64,000 bases of DNA from an uncultured archaeon (GTDB taxonomy: Archaea > Thermoproteota > EX4484-205 > JAAOZP01): positions 1 to 64,000 of the forward strand of contig CALIBN010000024.1 of NCBI GenBank assembly GCA_938045545.1, in the 5' to 3' direction. The stretch's first letter is position 1. Each line of letters opens with the position of its first letter. The position numbers were made by a program, and so were the translations under genes. The notes beneath the pieces were generated by a model. The model was not told the DNA's origin. It saw only the letters and a program-made list of their open reading frames with translations, and did no database searches. Shown here in pieces: positions 26,813-36,639 of the stretch.

Positions 26813-27271
26813 TTGTTGAGCGAGGAGGAGCTAGAGTATAAGCTGCGCGGCAAGACTCTTCAGGTCTACCTCTACCTGATAAGGTCCGGCGGGGACGATA
26901 GCTACGGCGTGAGGGAGGTTCAGAGGGCACTTGGCTTCAAGAGCCCGAGCATAGCGTCATACCATCTTGAAAAGCTGAGGGAACTGGGTCTGCTCGTTAA
27001 GGATGAGAAGGGGGATTATCGCGTCGCTAAAGAGGTCAACATAGGGTTGTTTAAGCTCTACATTAAGATAGGGGAGCTTAGAATGCCGAGGTTCCTACTG
27101 TACGCTTGCTTCATAACCAGCATGGTGGCGACATACCTGCTGGCTTATCCTCAGACGTTCAGCCCACATAATCTTTTCGCGCTACTGGTAAGCTTCTCCT
27201 CGCTCACAATACTCTGGGGCGAGACCCTCCTGATAATGAGGGAAACAAGGTCTAAAACCTTGAAAAAATAG
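26813..27271 (+). CDS. wHTH transcriptional regulator with two C-terminal TM helices
   Basis: GVREVQRALGFKSPSIASYHLEKL; hydrophobic C-terminus. Confidence 0.8.
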   Translation: MLSEEELEYKLRGKTLQVYLYLIRSGGDDSYGVREVQRALGFKSPSIASYHLEKLRELGLLVKDEKGDYRVAKEVNIGLFKLYIKIGELRMPRFLLYACFITSMVATYLLAYPQTFSPHNLFALLVSFSSLTILWGETLLIMRETRSKTLKK

Positions 27272-27290
27272 CTTTTTCAACAGGAACCTG

Positions 27291-29381
27291 ATGTGCAGGC
27301 CTGCCAATAGGCTTGAAGAGAGTGTTTTAATCCTTGGAGCCGTCATGGCGAGGCATGCAGGCAGTCTCCAATCCGCGTTTCAACAGGAAACCATTAATAT
27401 GGGAAGCAAGGGTCCCGTACGGGTGAACAGGATGCCGAAGAAACACTACGGTTTCCAATCGGCAGAAGTATCCTCCCCAGACGGGCAGATCCTTGTGAAA
27501 ATAACCATTAGGGAGAGAATCGAGCCATATCCCTCTGGTAGGCGCCTCTACTACTCCATCTCTTTCAAGGGAAGGGAGATACTGGTTGACTCTCCGCTGG
27601 CCATGGATTTTAAGGACGCGCCGCCCCTCGCCGGGAACCTTGTTTTAACCAGGAGGGAGGAGAAGACTATTAGCGAGAAATGGCAGGCGGTGCACGGCAA
27701 GTGCAAGAGCGTCCTTAACCTGTGCAACGAGCTGCACCTTTGGCTTAAGGAGGAAGAGGAGCCGGGTAGGAGGCTGGAGCTTTTTTTCCGCGCGTACAAT
27801 GACGGTGTTGCATTCCGCTATTTTCTCCCGAGGCAACCGGGCATGAAGAGCTTCAAACTTGCTAATGAGCGCTCAGAATTTCACTTCGCGTCAAACCATA
27901 CTGTTTGGGCAGCCGACTATAGATCGTACATCTCGCCCCAGGAAGCCCTTTTCGAGAAGAAGACTCTCAGCCAAATAACGCCTTCCTCAATAATAGGACT
28001 ACCCTTGCTTGTTAAAGTCGACGAATCCAGATGGGTTGCAATCACTGAGGCAAACATAACAGACTGGGCTGGAATGTATCTTACCGGGACGGGTGTCAAA
28101 CCCTATGCTCTCGTCTCAAGCCTCGCCCCTAGGCTAGACGAGCCCGGAGTACTGGTCGGCTCAAACACTCCCCACTACTCGCCGTGGAGAGTAGTGATGA
28201 TAGGCCAGAGCCCCGGAGACCTGATCGAGTCAAACATCATACTGAATCTTAATGAGCCATGCGTAATCAGAGACACGTCTTGGATAAAACCGGGTAAGGC
28301 TGCTTGGGACTGGTGGTGCGGAGGATATATTCCCGACGCGAAGTTTAAAGTCGGCATGAACACCGAGACCATGAAGTACTTCATAGAGTTCGCCGCAGAA
28401 ATGGGTTTCGAGTACATGATTGTCGACGCCGGCTGGTATGGAGAACCTAACAAGCCTGAGGCGGATGTCACTAAACCTATTCCTGAGCTGAATATTCGTG
28501 AGCTCATCAGGTTCGCTGGAGAAAGAAACATTAGGATTATAATCTGGCTCCACTGGAGGGATGTTGAGGAAAAGATTGAGGAAGCCTTCCAGCTTTACGA
28601 GAAATGGGGTATAGCAGGGGTCAAGATAGACTTTATGGATCGCGACGACCAGGAGATGGTTAACTTCTACCACAGGGTTGTTAAGAAGGCTGCTGAACAC
28701 CGTCTTCTCGTAGAATTCCACGGCGCTTACAAGCCGGATGGCTTACGCAGAACCTATCCGAACCTAATAACCCGCGAGGGCGTTTTAGGAAACGAGTATT
28801 GTAAATGGTCAACGCTAGTCACCCCAGAGCACACCGTGACAATACCCTTCACGAGGATGCTTGCTGGACCTATGGACTTTACGCCAGGAGGCTTTCGTCA
28901 CACGACCAAGGCGACTTTTAGACCTCAGAACAGGGGCCCGTTCGTAATGGGTACGAGGTGTCACCAGCTTGCTATGTTCGTTGTCTACGAGAGCCCGCTG
29001 CAAGTCGTTTGCGACTCACCCTACAATTACCGGGGGCAACCCGGCCTAGAGTTTCTCAAGATAGTTCCAACTACATGGGATGAGACCAAGTTTCTGAACG
29101 GCGAGGTTGGGGAATACATAACCATCGCTAGGAGAAACGGTTCAGACTGGTTCATCGGAAGCATGACGAATTGGAATCCTAGGGAAATAGAAATACCGTT
29201 GGGATTCCTGGGAGATGAAAAGTATGTTGCCCACGTTTTTGAAGATGCTCCGGATGCGGATGATTTCCCTAATAGGGTTTGCGAGAAGAGGCTTGAGGTA
29301 ACGTCTAAAGACATCTTGGTGGCGAGAATGGCTTCCGGCGGAGGCTATGTGGCCCACATACTGCGTGATGAAGATCGATGA
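27291..29381 (+). CDS. Glycoside hydrolase family 97 (alpha-glucosidase/galactosidase)
   Basis: WIKPGKAAWDWW, GVKIDF, RRTYPN..REGV, RMLAGPMDFTPG; true start probably further downstream (about 27432). Confidence 0.92.
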   Translation: MCRPANRLEESVLILGAVMARHAGSLQSAFQQETINMGSKGPVRVNRMPKKHYGFQSAEVSSPDGQILVKITIRERIEPYPSGRRLYYSISFKGREILVDSPLAMDFKDAPPLAGNLVLTRREEKTISEKWQAVHGKCKSVLNLCNELHLWLKEEEEPGRRLELFFRAYNDGVAFRYFLPRQPGMKSFKLANERSEFHFASNHTVWAADYRSYISPQEALFEKKTLSQITPSSIIGLPLLVKVDESRWVAITEANITDWAGMYLTGTGVKPYALVSSLAPRLDEPGVLVGSNTPHYSPWRVVMIGQSPGDLIESNIILNLNEPCVIRDTSWIKPGKAAWDWWCGGYIPDAKFKVGMNTETMKYFIEFAAEMGFEYMIVDAGWYGEPNKPEADVTKPIPELNIRELIRFAGERNIRIIIWLHWRDVEEKIEEAFQLYEKWGIAGVKIDFMDRDDQEMVNFYHRVVKKAAEHRLLVEFHGAYKPDGLRRTYPNLITREGVLGNEYCKWSTLVTPEHTVTIPFTRMLAGPMDFTPGGFRHTTKATFRPQNRGPFVMGTRCHQLAMFVVYESPLQVVCDSPYNYRGQPGLEFLKIVPTTWDETKFLNGEVGEYITIARRNGSDWFIGSMTNWNPREIEIPLGFLGDEKYVAHVFEDAPDADDFPNRVCEKRLEVTSKDILVARMASGGGYVAHILRDEDR

Positions 29382-29542
29382 AAAATTTTATGAGAGAGTT
29401 CGCTCGAATAGCGCGGGCTGCGCCCCCAGCTGCCGCCGTTAAGCTTCTCCTCCAGATAATCTGTTTATAAATGTTGCCATTTTTATTAAACTTGGGAAAA
29501 AATTAAATAATGTTTAACGGTTCTCAAACGGTTCCTGAGATC

Positions 29543-30352
29543 ATGGTTAAGGTAAACTATCATATTCACAGTACGTATAGCGACGGCCGAGCTACCATAA
29601 TGCAGTATGCTGAGGAAGCGGTTAGAAAGGGTTTTCACGAGATCGCCTTTACTGAACACTTGGCTATACGGCCAGGGTCGATGAAAAAACTGTATTACTC
29701 TATAGATGCTTCTAAGATAGAGGATTATGTTGAGGATGTTAAAGGGGCAGGGAGGAGTTTTAAAGGCTTAAAGGTTAAGGCTGGTTTAGAAGTCGACTAC
29801 TTCCCAGGCTCGGGATCACTGCTTAAAGATATCTTGGGGAGTAACGATTTGGATTTCACTATGGTAAGCATCCATTGGATAGGCGAGTTTTGCCTAGACT
29901 GTGTCAAGTATAAGAAGGCTTTCGAGATCGCTGTTAAAGAAGAGGGTTTCGACAAGTTCTACTCGAAATATTTGAGGCTTCTTGGGGAAGCTGTGGAGTC
30001 AGGATTGTTCAACGTTATCGCGCATTTCGACATCGCTAGGAACTGGGGTTTCAAAACCTCCAGTGATTTTAAGATGGATGAGCTCAAGATCTTGGAGAAT
30101 GCAAGTAAGCTGGGAATGGCTGTCGAGGTTTCCAGCAAGGGTTTGAGAAACCCCATTAACGAGCCATATCCTGCTAGAAGGATTTTAGAATACTGCAGTC
30201 CTCTCCGCATACCGATAACACTGGGTACTGATGCTCACAGGTTGAATGAGATTGATGCAAACTATGATTCTATAGTTGAGTATGCCAGGTCTGCAGGCTA
30301 CTCAGAGTTAGCCGTGTTCAGTAGGGGGAAGCTGACCCTCGTTTCCCTTTAG
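29543..30352 (+). CDS. PHP-family histidinol-phosphatase-like protein
   Basis: YHIHS, FTEH, GLEVDY, IAHFD, GTDAH. Confidence 0.8.
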   Translation: MVKVNYHIHSTYSDGRATIMQYAEEAVRKGFHEIAFTEHLAIRPGSMKKLYYSIDASKIEDYVEDVKGAGRSFKGLKVKAGLEVDYFPGSGSLLKDILGSNDLDFTMVSIHWIGEFCLDCVKYKKAFEIAVKEEGFDKFYSKYLRLLGEAVESGLFNVIAHFDIARNWGFKTSSDFKMDELKILENASKLGMAVEVSSKGLRNPINEPYPARRILEYCSPLRIPITLGTDAHRLNEIDANYDSIVEYARSAGYSELAVFSRGKLTLVSL

Positions 30353-30798
30353 GCTTCTCCGAACCATTTGCCTAAGCCGCCTTCCGTCTTTCTAACCCTG
30401 AATTCTTCAGCCTCCTTAAGAACTTCCTTGTAACCCGGATATTTGATTCTAATGATTGCCTCGTCTAGGCTTAGCCATTCGAAGCCCTCATGCTCCCAGG
30501 ATATTGAAACATTTTTCTCTAAGGCTTCTCCGAGAAACAGGATCAGCGTTTTGCTGACAAGCGTACCGTTATCCCTCCTATAATAGTAGTTTAAAACCTT
30601 CCTGAACCCAGGTATGACTCTAATTTTATCTATCCCGCTTTCCTCCTTCAATTCTCTCAACGCTGCTGCAAGCTCGTCCTCAGCCTCCTCTATATTGCCC
30701 TTCGGAAAATCAAGCCTTCCTCCGACTTTTAGAAACAGGTATTTCACTTCACTATTTTCCTTTGTAAAAACAATGAAGCCGGCTGACTTCTCTTTCAT
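30349..30798 (-). CDS. Nudix hydrolase (Ap4A hydrolase-like)
   Basis: EKSAG, FPKG..AALRELKEESG Nudix box, SWEH. Confidence 0.85.
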   Translation of the reverse strand: MKEKSAGFIVFTKENSEVKYLFLKVGGRLDFPKGNIEEAEDELAAALRELKEESGIDKIRVIPGFRKVLNYYYRRDNGTLVSKTLILFLGEALEKNVSISWEHEGFEWLSLDEAIIRIKYPGYKEVLKEAEEFRVRKTEGGLGKWFGEA

Positions 30799-30896
30799 CA
30801 GGGGGCTGGACAATAAGCTTTAACCCAGGCTTCTCTTTATAAGTGTTTTCGGAAAAAACTTATTTAAAGCCCCTGCATTATGTAGAACGATGAGTC

Positions 30897-31343
30897 TTGG
30901 AGAAGGAAGAGCTTTTGAAAATGCTCAACCATGCGCTTGAACTCGAGCACGCGGCTTATGTACAATACCTCAGCCATGCTGAGCTTATAGATGGTGATAA
31001 CGCTGAACCGTTGATAGAGAGGCTTAAAGAAATCGCGAACGATGAGAAAACCCATCAGGAGAAGTTCAGGTCCCTGATAGGCATGCTAGGGGGAACACCC
31101 AGCATGGGCATTGCAGAAACCCATCCGGCTAAAACCGTTAGGGAAATACTTGAGCAGAATCTGAAGGACGAGAAAGAGGCTGTTGACACTTACAGGAAGA
31201 TATATGGGGCGATAGTCGGGGGAAGAGGCAGAGGATACTATGATATGCTTCTTGAACATGAGGTTAGACACATAATAATGGATGAGCAGGAGCACATTAC
31301 AGAGCTAGAACTATTGCTTGGAAAGTCGGGCGAAAGCTATTAA
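30897..31343 (+). CDS. Ferritin-like (Dps/bacterioferritin-like) protein
   Basis: E..A..QY, DEKTH, DEKEA, DEQEH di-iron motifs. Confidence 0.85.
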   Translation: MEKEELLKMLNHALELEHAAYVQYLSHAELIDGDNAEPLIERLKEIANDEKTHQEKFRSLIGMLGGTPSMGIAETHPAKTVREILEQNLKDEKEAVDTYRKIYGAIVGGRGRGYYDMLLEHEVRHIIMDEQEHITELELLLGKSGESY

Positions 31344-31379
31344 AACGTTTTCGTTTTTTCTTTTTTTTAAAAAAACGCG

Positions 31380-32327
31380 TTAAAATACCCATCTATAGCT
31401 ATCTTCCTCCTTAACCATGTTCTTCAATGCCTCCCTGTCTGTAATCTCCTTGGCTGGTTTCATCAGAATTTCCTCCTCTTCAGGTGAAATGAAGAAGTTC
31501 GCCAAGTATGTTTTCCCATTCAAGTATCTTAAACGTCCCTTGACTTTTTCAGCTATCCTGTTGTCAACCTCCTTGAACTCTTCAGGGAGTATTCTAAGCC
31601 CATCCCGAGGTTTCAAACCCATTACGAAACCCCAGTCGTCGCAGAAGCTTTTAACGTAGACGTGCAGAGGAATCGAGTTTCCAAAAACCCTTTTAACGGT
31701 CCAGAATATTCTCCTAAACTGACGACTCTGGAACGCGGTTGCCTGAGTTATGAAAGTGCCTCCGGGCTTCAGGGCATCTTGAACCATTCTGTAAAACTCC
31801 TTGGAGTAGAGTAGAACAGACGGGCCACCCTCCACCGGGTCAGTTAAATCAATTATTATTGAATCATAATAATTCTTCTTTCGCGATATGAATTTCCTCG
31901 CATCAGTAAGGTGAATCTTAACCCTCCGGCTCTTCAAGGATCCTTTGTTTAAGCGTTGAAGGTATTTTTCAGACACTTCAACAACCCTCCCATCTATGTC
32001 TACAAGATCCACGTGCTCAACCTCCCTGTATTTTAAAACCTCTCTGAGCGCGCATCCGTCTCCTCCCCCGAGTATGGCTATGCGCCTCCGGTCTTCAGCG
32101 TTTAGAAGCGGCGTGTGTACAAGCGTCTCATGATACCTGTATTCATCGTACTCGGCAACCTGAATAAGGCCATCGAGCAACAGGCATAATCCGAATTCAG
32201 GTGACTCCAGCACCTCCAGGGTTTGAAACCTTGTTCTCTCAGCAAGCAGGATTTTGCTGACTCTGAAGAGAAAGTAGTTGTTAAAAAGGTCGAGTGTTAA
32301 GTATCTTGTTCTCGTTAACCTGGACAT
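31380..32327 (-). CDS. speE: Polyamine aminopropyltransferase (spermidine synthase)
   Basis: LLLDG, YHETLVH, ILGGGDG, IDLTDP. Confidence 0.92.
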   Translation of the reverse strand: MSRLTRTRYLTLDLFNNYFLFRVSKILLAERTRFQTLEVLESPEFGLCLLLDGLIQVAEYDEYRYHETLVHTPLLNAEDRRRIAILGGGDGCALREVLKYREVEHVDLVDIDGRVVEVSEKYLQRLNKGSLKSRRVKIHLTDARKFISRKKNYYDSIIIDLTDPVEGGPSVLLYSKEFYRMVQDALKPGGTFITQATAFQSRQFRRIFWTVKRVFGNSIPLHVYVKSFCDDWGFVMGLKPRDGLRILPEEFKEVDNRIAEKVKGRLRYLNGKTYLANFFISPEEEEILMKPAKEITDREALKNMVKEEDSYRWVF

Positions 32328-32673
32328 GTTCTAACACTCCTCGTCTAAGCTCCTTGTACATTACTCTTTTAGCTTTTAGAGCCCTGCTGACATGTTTGAG
32401 AGCCAGCCTCGGCATGCTTCTGTTTCCACACGTGAAGATGTCTATGGCTGCATAGCCATACTCCGGCCAAGTGTGGATGGCTATGTGCGACTCCGCTATG
32501 ACCACAACCCCTGAGACTCCTTGGGGTGTGAACTTATGGAACCTGCAGTCGATTATCCGTGTCTCCGCCTTCTCAGCGGCCTCTACGACGGTTTTCCTAA
32601 CATATTCTAAGTCGTCTAGCAGTTCTTCATCGCAACGGTACAGATCCGCTATTATTTGCTTACCTAAATACAT
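32281..32673 (-). CDS. speD: Pyruvoyl-dependent S-adenosylmethionine decarboxylase proenzyme (SpeD/SpeH)
   Basis: HKFTPQGVSG, AESHIAIHTWPE, DIFTCG; adjacent to speE. Confidence 0.9.
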   Translation of the reverse strand: MYLGKQIIADLYRCDEELLDDLEYVRKTVVEAAEKAETRIIDCRFHKFTPQGVSGVVVIAESHIAIHTWPEYGYAAIDIFTCGNRSMPRLALKHVSRALKAKRVMYKELRRGVLEHVQVNENKILNTRPF

Positions 32674-32935
32674 TATTCTACTCATTTCTGATTTTTTCAA
32701 GTTAGTGTATATTAAAACAATTTAAATTTTACGGTTAGACATTAAAAACAAAGTTAAAACGGTTTTTCTTGCTGAAAACTGATTTGAAATAAAAATTGTA
32801 GTCGAATGATGAGCAATGTTTTTTATAGTCTATTTTTCAGCTTCAAAAAGCTTTTTTCTTCATTTTTTAATTTTTTAAAAAGCTCAACGCGTTTTTTCAA
32901 GTCTTTTTCCGCAACAATTCCGCCGAAAATAAAGT

Positions 32936-33895
32936 CTAGTAGAAGTTTTTCAAAAGCAGATCTAAATACCTGTAGCCACCGTCAGGCAATACTGTAACAA
33001 TACTCCCGCCCTTGAAATCCCCGGCTACTTTCAAACAGGCTGAAACATTCGCCCCAGAAGATACTCCGCACAGCAATCCTTCAATCCTAGCCAGCTGAAG
33101 AGTTGTCTGAATAGCCTCCTCGTCGCTCACCAGCATCACCCCGTCGACAAGGCCCAGGTTATCCCTGAGGATCTTTGAGACAAAGCCCTCTCCAATGCCT
33201 TCTATCACATGCGGTATCCCAGCTATCTTCGAAGCTCCTCTTCCGTAAAACATGTTGTAGAGCGCCGGGGAATTCTCAGGCTCGACGGCGATTAAACGCA
33301 TATTGGGGTACTTCTCCTTCAAAGCCTTTCCCACCCCTATAAGCGTCCCACCGGTTCCCACTCCGGCGACGAAGGCGTCGATCCTCTCATCCAGCTGCCT
33401 CAGTATTTCCATACCTGTGCCCTCGTAATGGGCCTTAACATTATCCTCGTTTGAAAACTGGTTGACTAGGAAACCACCGGTCTTTTCAGCTATTTCACCC
33501 GCCTTTCTGACCACGCTCTCCATACCCTCCTTCTCAGGAACCAAAACTATCTTAGCGTTTAACGTGTGCATCATCTGCCGCTTAGCCTTAGCAGTGTTAT
33601 CCGGCATCACGAGGATTGCGTTATAGCCTTTAACTGCAGCAACCATCGCAATAGAGATCCCCGTGTTCCCGCTAGTGGCCTCAACTATTGTTGAACCGGG
33701 TTTCAGAAGCCCCTTCTTCTCCGCAGACTCTATAATGTACAGGGCTATCCTGTCCTTTATGCTTCCACTCGGATTTAGAAACTCGAGTTTCGCAAAAATG
33801 TTTACGCCTGCTTTTTCAGAAATCTTGTTCAGCCTCACTAATGGTGTTTCCCCTATTGCGTTAAGGACGCTGGAGGCTACTCTGTTTCTCTCCAA
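32936..33895 (-). CDS. cysK: Cysteine synthase (PLP-dependent)
   Basis: NPSGSIKDR, EATSGNTG, GVGTGGT, GVSSGAN. Confidence 0.88.
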   Translation of the reverse strand: MERNRVASSVLNAIGETPLVRLNKISEKAGVNIFAKLEFLNPSGSIKDRIALYIIESAEKKGLLKPGSTIVEATSGNTGISIAMVAAVKGYNAILVMPDNTAKAKRQMMHTLNAKIVLVPEKEGMESVVRKAGEIAEKTGGFLVNQFSNEDNVKAHYEGTGMEILRQLDERIDAFVAGVGTGGTLIGVGKALKEKYPNMRLIAVEPENSPALYNMFYGRGASKIAGIPHVIEGIGEGFVSKILRDNLGLVDGVMLVSDEEAIQTTLQLARIEGLLCGVSSGANVSACLKVAGDFKGGSIVTVLPDGGYRYLDLLLKNFY

Positions 33896-34055
33896 GCCTC
33901 GGCTAAAAACCAGTTGATACGCTTATAAACTCTTGCAACTGTTGTTAAGGAGCAGTGTTAATGCAGTTGAAGCATAGCGGGCTCCCTGAGAAAATAAAAG
34001 ACATCTCTGCACTTAACCAGGGGATTGGGAAGGATTTCTGTAATAGGCTTGTGTT

Positions 34056-34562
34056 CTAGGATACGCGTGCGGTCCCCCTGAACAGGATTATCGTCCTTCC
34101 GTTTTCAACGCCGGAAGCGCCTAAACCCCTTAAAGCATACAGTCCGCCTCCCATCCAGAAGTAACGTATGTGAAGAACCATGCTTGAACCATCGTTGCAT
34201 CTGAGTCTGAGAATTATAGTGCTTCTCTTGTATAACACTACGCCCCGGGCTTCTGCAACATCATAGGTTGTTCCACCGATTACAACGCTTCCCTCAACCG
34301 CTTCTACAGGGATAAAGTTCTCTCGTCTCTCTCCAAGCTTCAAGGCTAGACTCAGACCCAGTTCCCTCTTTTCCCTCTCTCCATCAGTTTTTCTTACAGC
34401 TATTCCCTTTGCATTCACAGAGACTGTTGATTTCCCCCTTATCGGTGTCTGCTCTTGAGGCTCGCCGCTGATTCTTAAGAACAGCATTGTCGAGACCAGT
34501 ATCGCTAATAAGCTTGCTAGCGCCAGCAGTTTGAACCCGGTCATGTTTCTCATGCTCATCAC
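34056..34562 (-). CDS. Membrane-anchored/secreted hypothetical protein
   Basis: N-terminal hydrophobic helix; beta-rich remainder. Confidence 0.55.
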   Translation of the reverse strand: MMSMRNMTGFKLLALASLLAILVSTMLFLRISGEPQEQTPIRGKSTVSVNAKGIAVRKTDGEREKRELGLSLALKLGERRENFIPVEAVEGSVVIGGTTYDVAEARGVVLYKRSTIILRLRCNDGSSMVLHIRYFWMGGGLYALRGLGASGVENGRTIILFRGTARVS

Positions 34563-34604
34563 CTCCGTTTAAAGCGTTTTCCCTCTGATTTTTATATGTG
34601 AGGC

Positions 34605-35300
34605 ATGATTCGTATGGATGAATCATCCATAAACTTAAAAAGCGTTAAAAAGCGTATGCTTCGAAGAAGCTTGGACGGTTTACCGCTAATATCAATTCTA
34701 ACCGAGCCGGTGAGTGCAGTGATAAGCTTTGCCATAGCCTATTACGCGTATAAAAGCTTTAGAATGTCTTCAATAAGAAGACTTTTTCTGCTGCATTTAG
34801 GGTTTGTAATACTTGGAGTAGCCCTCTTGCTTCGCTTCGTAACCTTCACCTTCCTCCTGTCGCTGCGTTTTTCTGAACAGAATGTTCAAGCTATACGGGG
34901 AATCGTTTCTCTAGGAGGATTCGTTTTCTCCTCGCTGCAGCTGGTCGCCTATATTCTTTTCTCAGCCTCGTACACCTCGCAACCTGAATCCGCAAACGAG
35001 AATGGCAAAATACTGGCCGTCCTACCAGGTTTCTACCTTATATTTTTCAACCCTTTTCTAGAACTGTTGTCTCTCGCGATAATCGGCTACGTCGTGGCCC
35101 GTGCGCTTATTCTCTTCATTTATAAAAGCAGCGGCAATTCGCTTCTAGTCCTGCTCGGCTTTGCATGTTTCTTCGCGAGCCACCTGTTCTTTCTTTTCAC
35201 GGCGATTGAAGAAAGCCTCTTGTTCCTGGGTCAGGTTGTTCAGCTTTTCGGATTCATATTCTTTCTAGTGATGTTGACACGGGTGACTAGGACGGGTTGA
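34605..35300 (+). CDS. Multi-pass (6-7 TM) membrane protein
   Basis: Consecutive hydrophobic helices; overlaps the downstream wHTH gene. Confidence 0.65.
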   Translation: MIRMDESSINLKSVKKRMLRRSLDGLPLISILTEPVSAVISFAIAYYAYKSFRMSSIRRLFLLHLGFVILGVALLLRFVTFTFLLSLRFSEQNVQAIRGIVSLGGFVFSSLQLVAYILFSASYTSQPESANENGKILAVLPGFYLIFFNPFLELLSLAIIGYVVARALILFIYKSSGNSLLVLLGFACFFASHLFFLFTAIEESLLFLGQVVQLFGFIFFLVMLTRVTRTG

Positions 35301-35584
35301 CTGCTTCAAAAGAGTACCGTTCTAAAGCACGCATCTACTTCGACATATTGAACCAGATAGTTAGCGAAGGCGGTAGGGCTGGACCCACACGCATTCTTTA
35401 CGGTGCAAACTTGTCGCATGACCGTTTGACTAAGCACTTAGCCCAGCTCATAAGCCTAGGGTTGGTTGTTGAGGAGAAGGAGGGGGACAGGGTATTCTAT
35501 TCTTTAACTGAAAAAGGGATGGCTTTTATCCAAGAGTTTCGCCGGATACAGGCTTTCGCTAAAGCCTTCGGAATACCTATTTGA
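35297..35584 (+). CDS. Small winged-helix transcriptional regulator
   Basis: RSKARIYFDIL, TRILYGANLS, YSLTEKG. Confidence 0.85.
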   Translation: MTASKEYRSKARIYFDILNQIVSEGGRAGPTRILYGANLSHDRLTKHLAQLISLGLVVEEKEGDRVFYSLTEKGMAFIQEFRRIQAFAKAFGIPI

Positions 35585-35662
35585 CAGCCTTACAGCATCC
35601 AAATCGACTCTTCTTAGCGTTAAGCATGGAAAGATTTATGAGTGTAACCGGGGGTTTTAATA

Positions 35663-36457
35663 TTGCGGATGGAGACTATTGCCAGGATTAATGAGCCGCT
35701 TCACGGTTATGTTCAGGAGATAGTGCTTATCCCTGTGAGCAAGCTTAAGGTTATAGAGGTTCAGAGAAAACCCTCCGCTCCTCACGTTAAGAGGCTTAAA
35801 AGCTCGATTAAGAAGATAGGTTTCACCATACCGCTGATAGTTGTCAGAAGGGGGGAAGAAAACATAATAATAGATGGTCAACACAGGTTTCTGGCGGCGA
35901 AGGAGCTTGGAATAAAAGAATTGCCTGCGATAGTAATACCTGAAAAGTATGCTCACAACCTGATGGAGCTGAACGTTGAGAAACAGATGTCTCTGAGGGA
36001 GAGAGCGTACGTTGCGCTTAATGTTTACAGGATGTATTTGAATGAAACCCCTTCTATGAAGGAGGATGATGGAAGGATAATGGATTCAATAGAGTATGCA
36101 TACTATGTTACGCTTGGAATAGCCTATGAGAAGAAGCCGAGGGTATCCGGATCACCCTATGAGGCATTGTTGAAGAAGGTAGATGGTTTTCTTTCAAAGC
36201 CGTTGAGGGACGCTGTCGTGGAAAGGGAGAGGAGGGCGGAAGTCATAATAGAGACGGATGGCTTAACCAGGGAGGTTGTTAAGAAAGTCAAGGAATTAGG
36301 GGTGGAACACGAATTCCTATATAACGAGGTCGTGTCTTTCTGCAACCCTATGAAGAGGAAGAAGAAGGTTTCACAGAGCTTCGACAATATTTTCAGCGCG
36401 CTGCAAAAGAACCTAAAGGACTTGGCTCAAAACCCTGAGAAAATTTTAAAGAAGTAA
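35663..36457 (+). CDS. ParB/Srx N-terminal domain protein
   Basis: LKSSIKKIGFTIPLIV, IIDGQHRFLAA. Confidence 0.8.
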   Translation: MRMETIARINEPLHGYVQEIVLIPVSKLKVIEVQRKPSAPHVKRLKSSIKKIGFTIPLIVVRRGEENIIIDGQHRFLAAKELGIKELPAIVIPEKYAHNLMELNVEKQMSLRERAYVALNVYRMYLNETPSMKEDDGRIMDSIEYAYYVTLGIAYEKKPRVSGSPYEALLKKVDGFLSKPLRDAVVERERRAEVIIETDGLTREVVKKVKELGVEHEFLYNEVVSFCNPMKRKKKVSQSFDNIFSALQKNLKDLAQNPEKILKK

Positions 36458-36467
36458 CTGAAAAAAT

Positions 36468-36639
36468 TTACCATATTCGGCGAGAAAGCACATGTCCTTC
36501 AGGAATGGTGATAATGCCATTAAACTTTTGGACATTTCTCCACTAAAAGCCTTTCCCCGTATCCATTGAGTATGATCAGAATAAGAATGAATATTACTAC
36601 CTATTTATCTATATAGTTGGGAACTGCGTGAAGTGTCAA
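36468..36639 (+). mobile_element. Putative IS200/IS605-derived MITE (left end plus degenerate right end, no ORF); TTAC target included in the coordinates
   Basis: TTAC (36468-71), AAAG (36485-88), hairpin (36489-36510); ends gggaac...gtgtcaa; removal restores the host stop codon. Confidence 0.55.
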
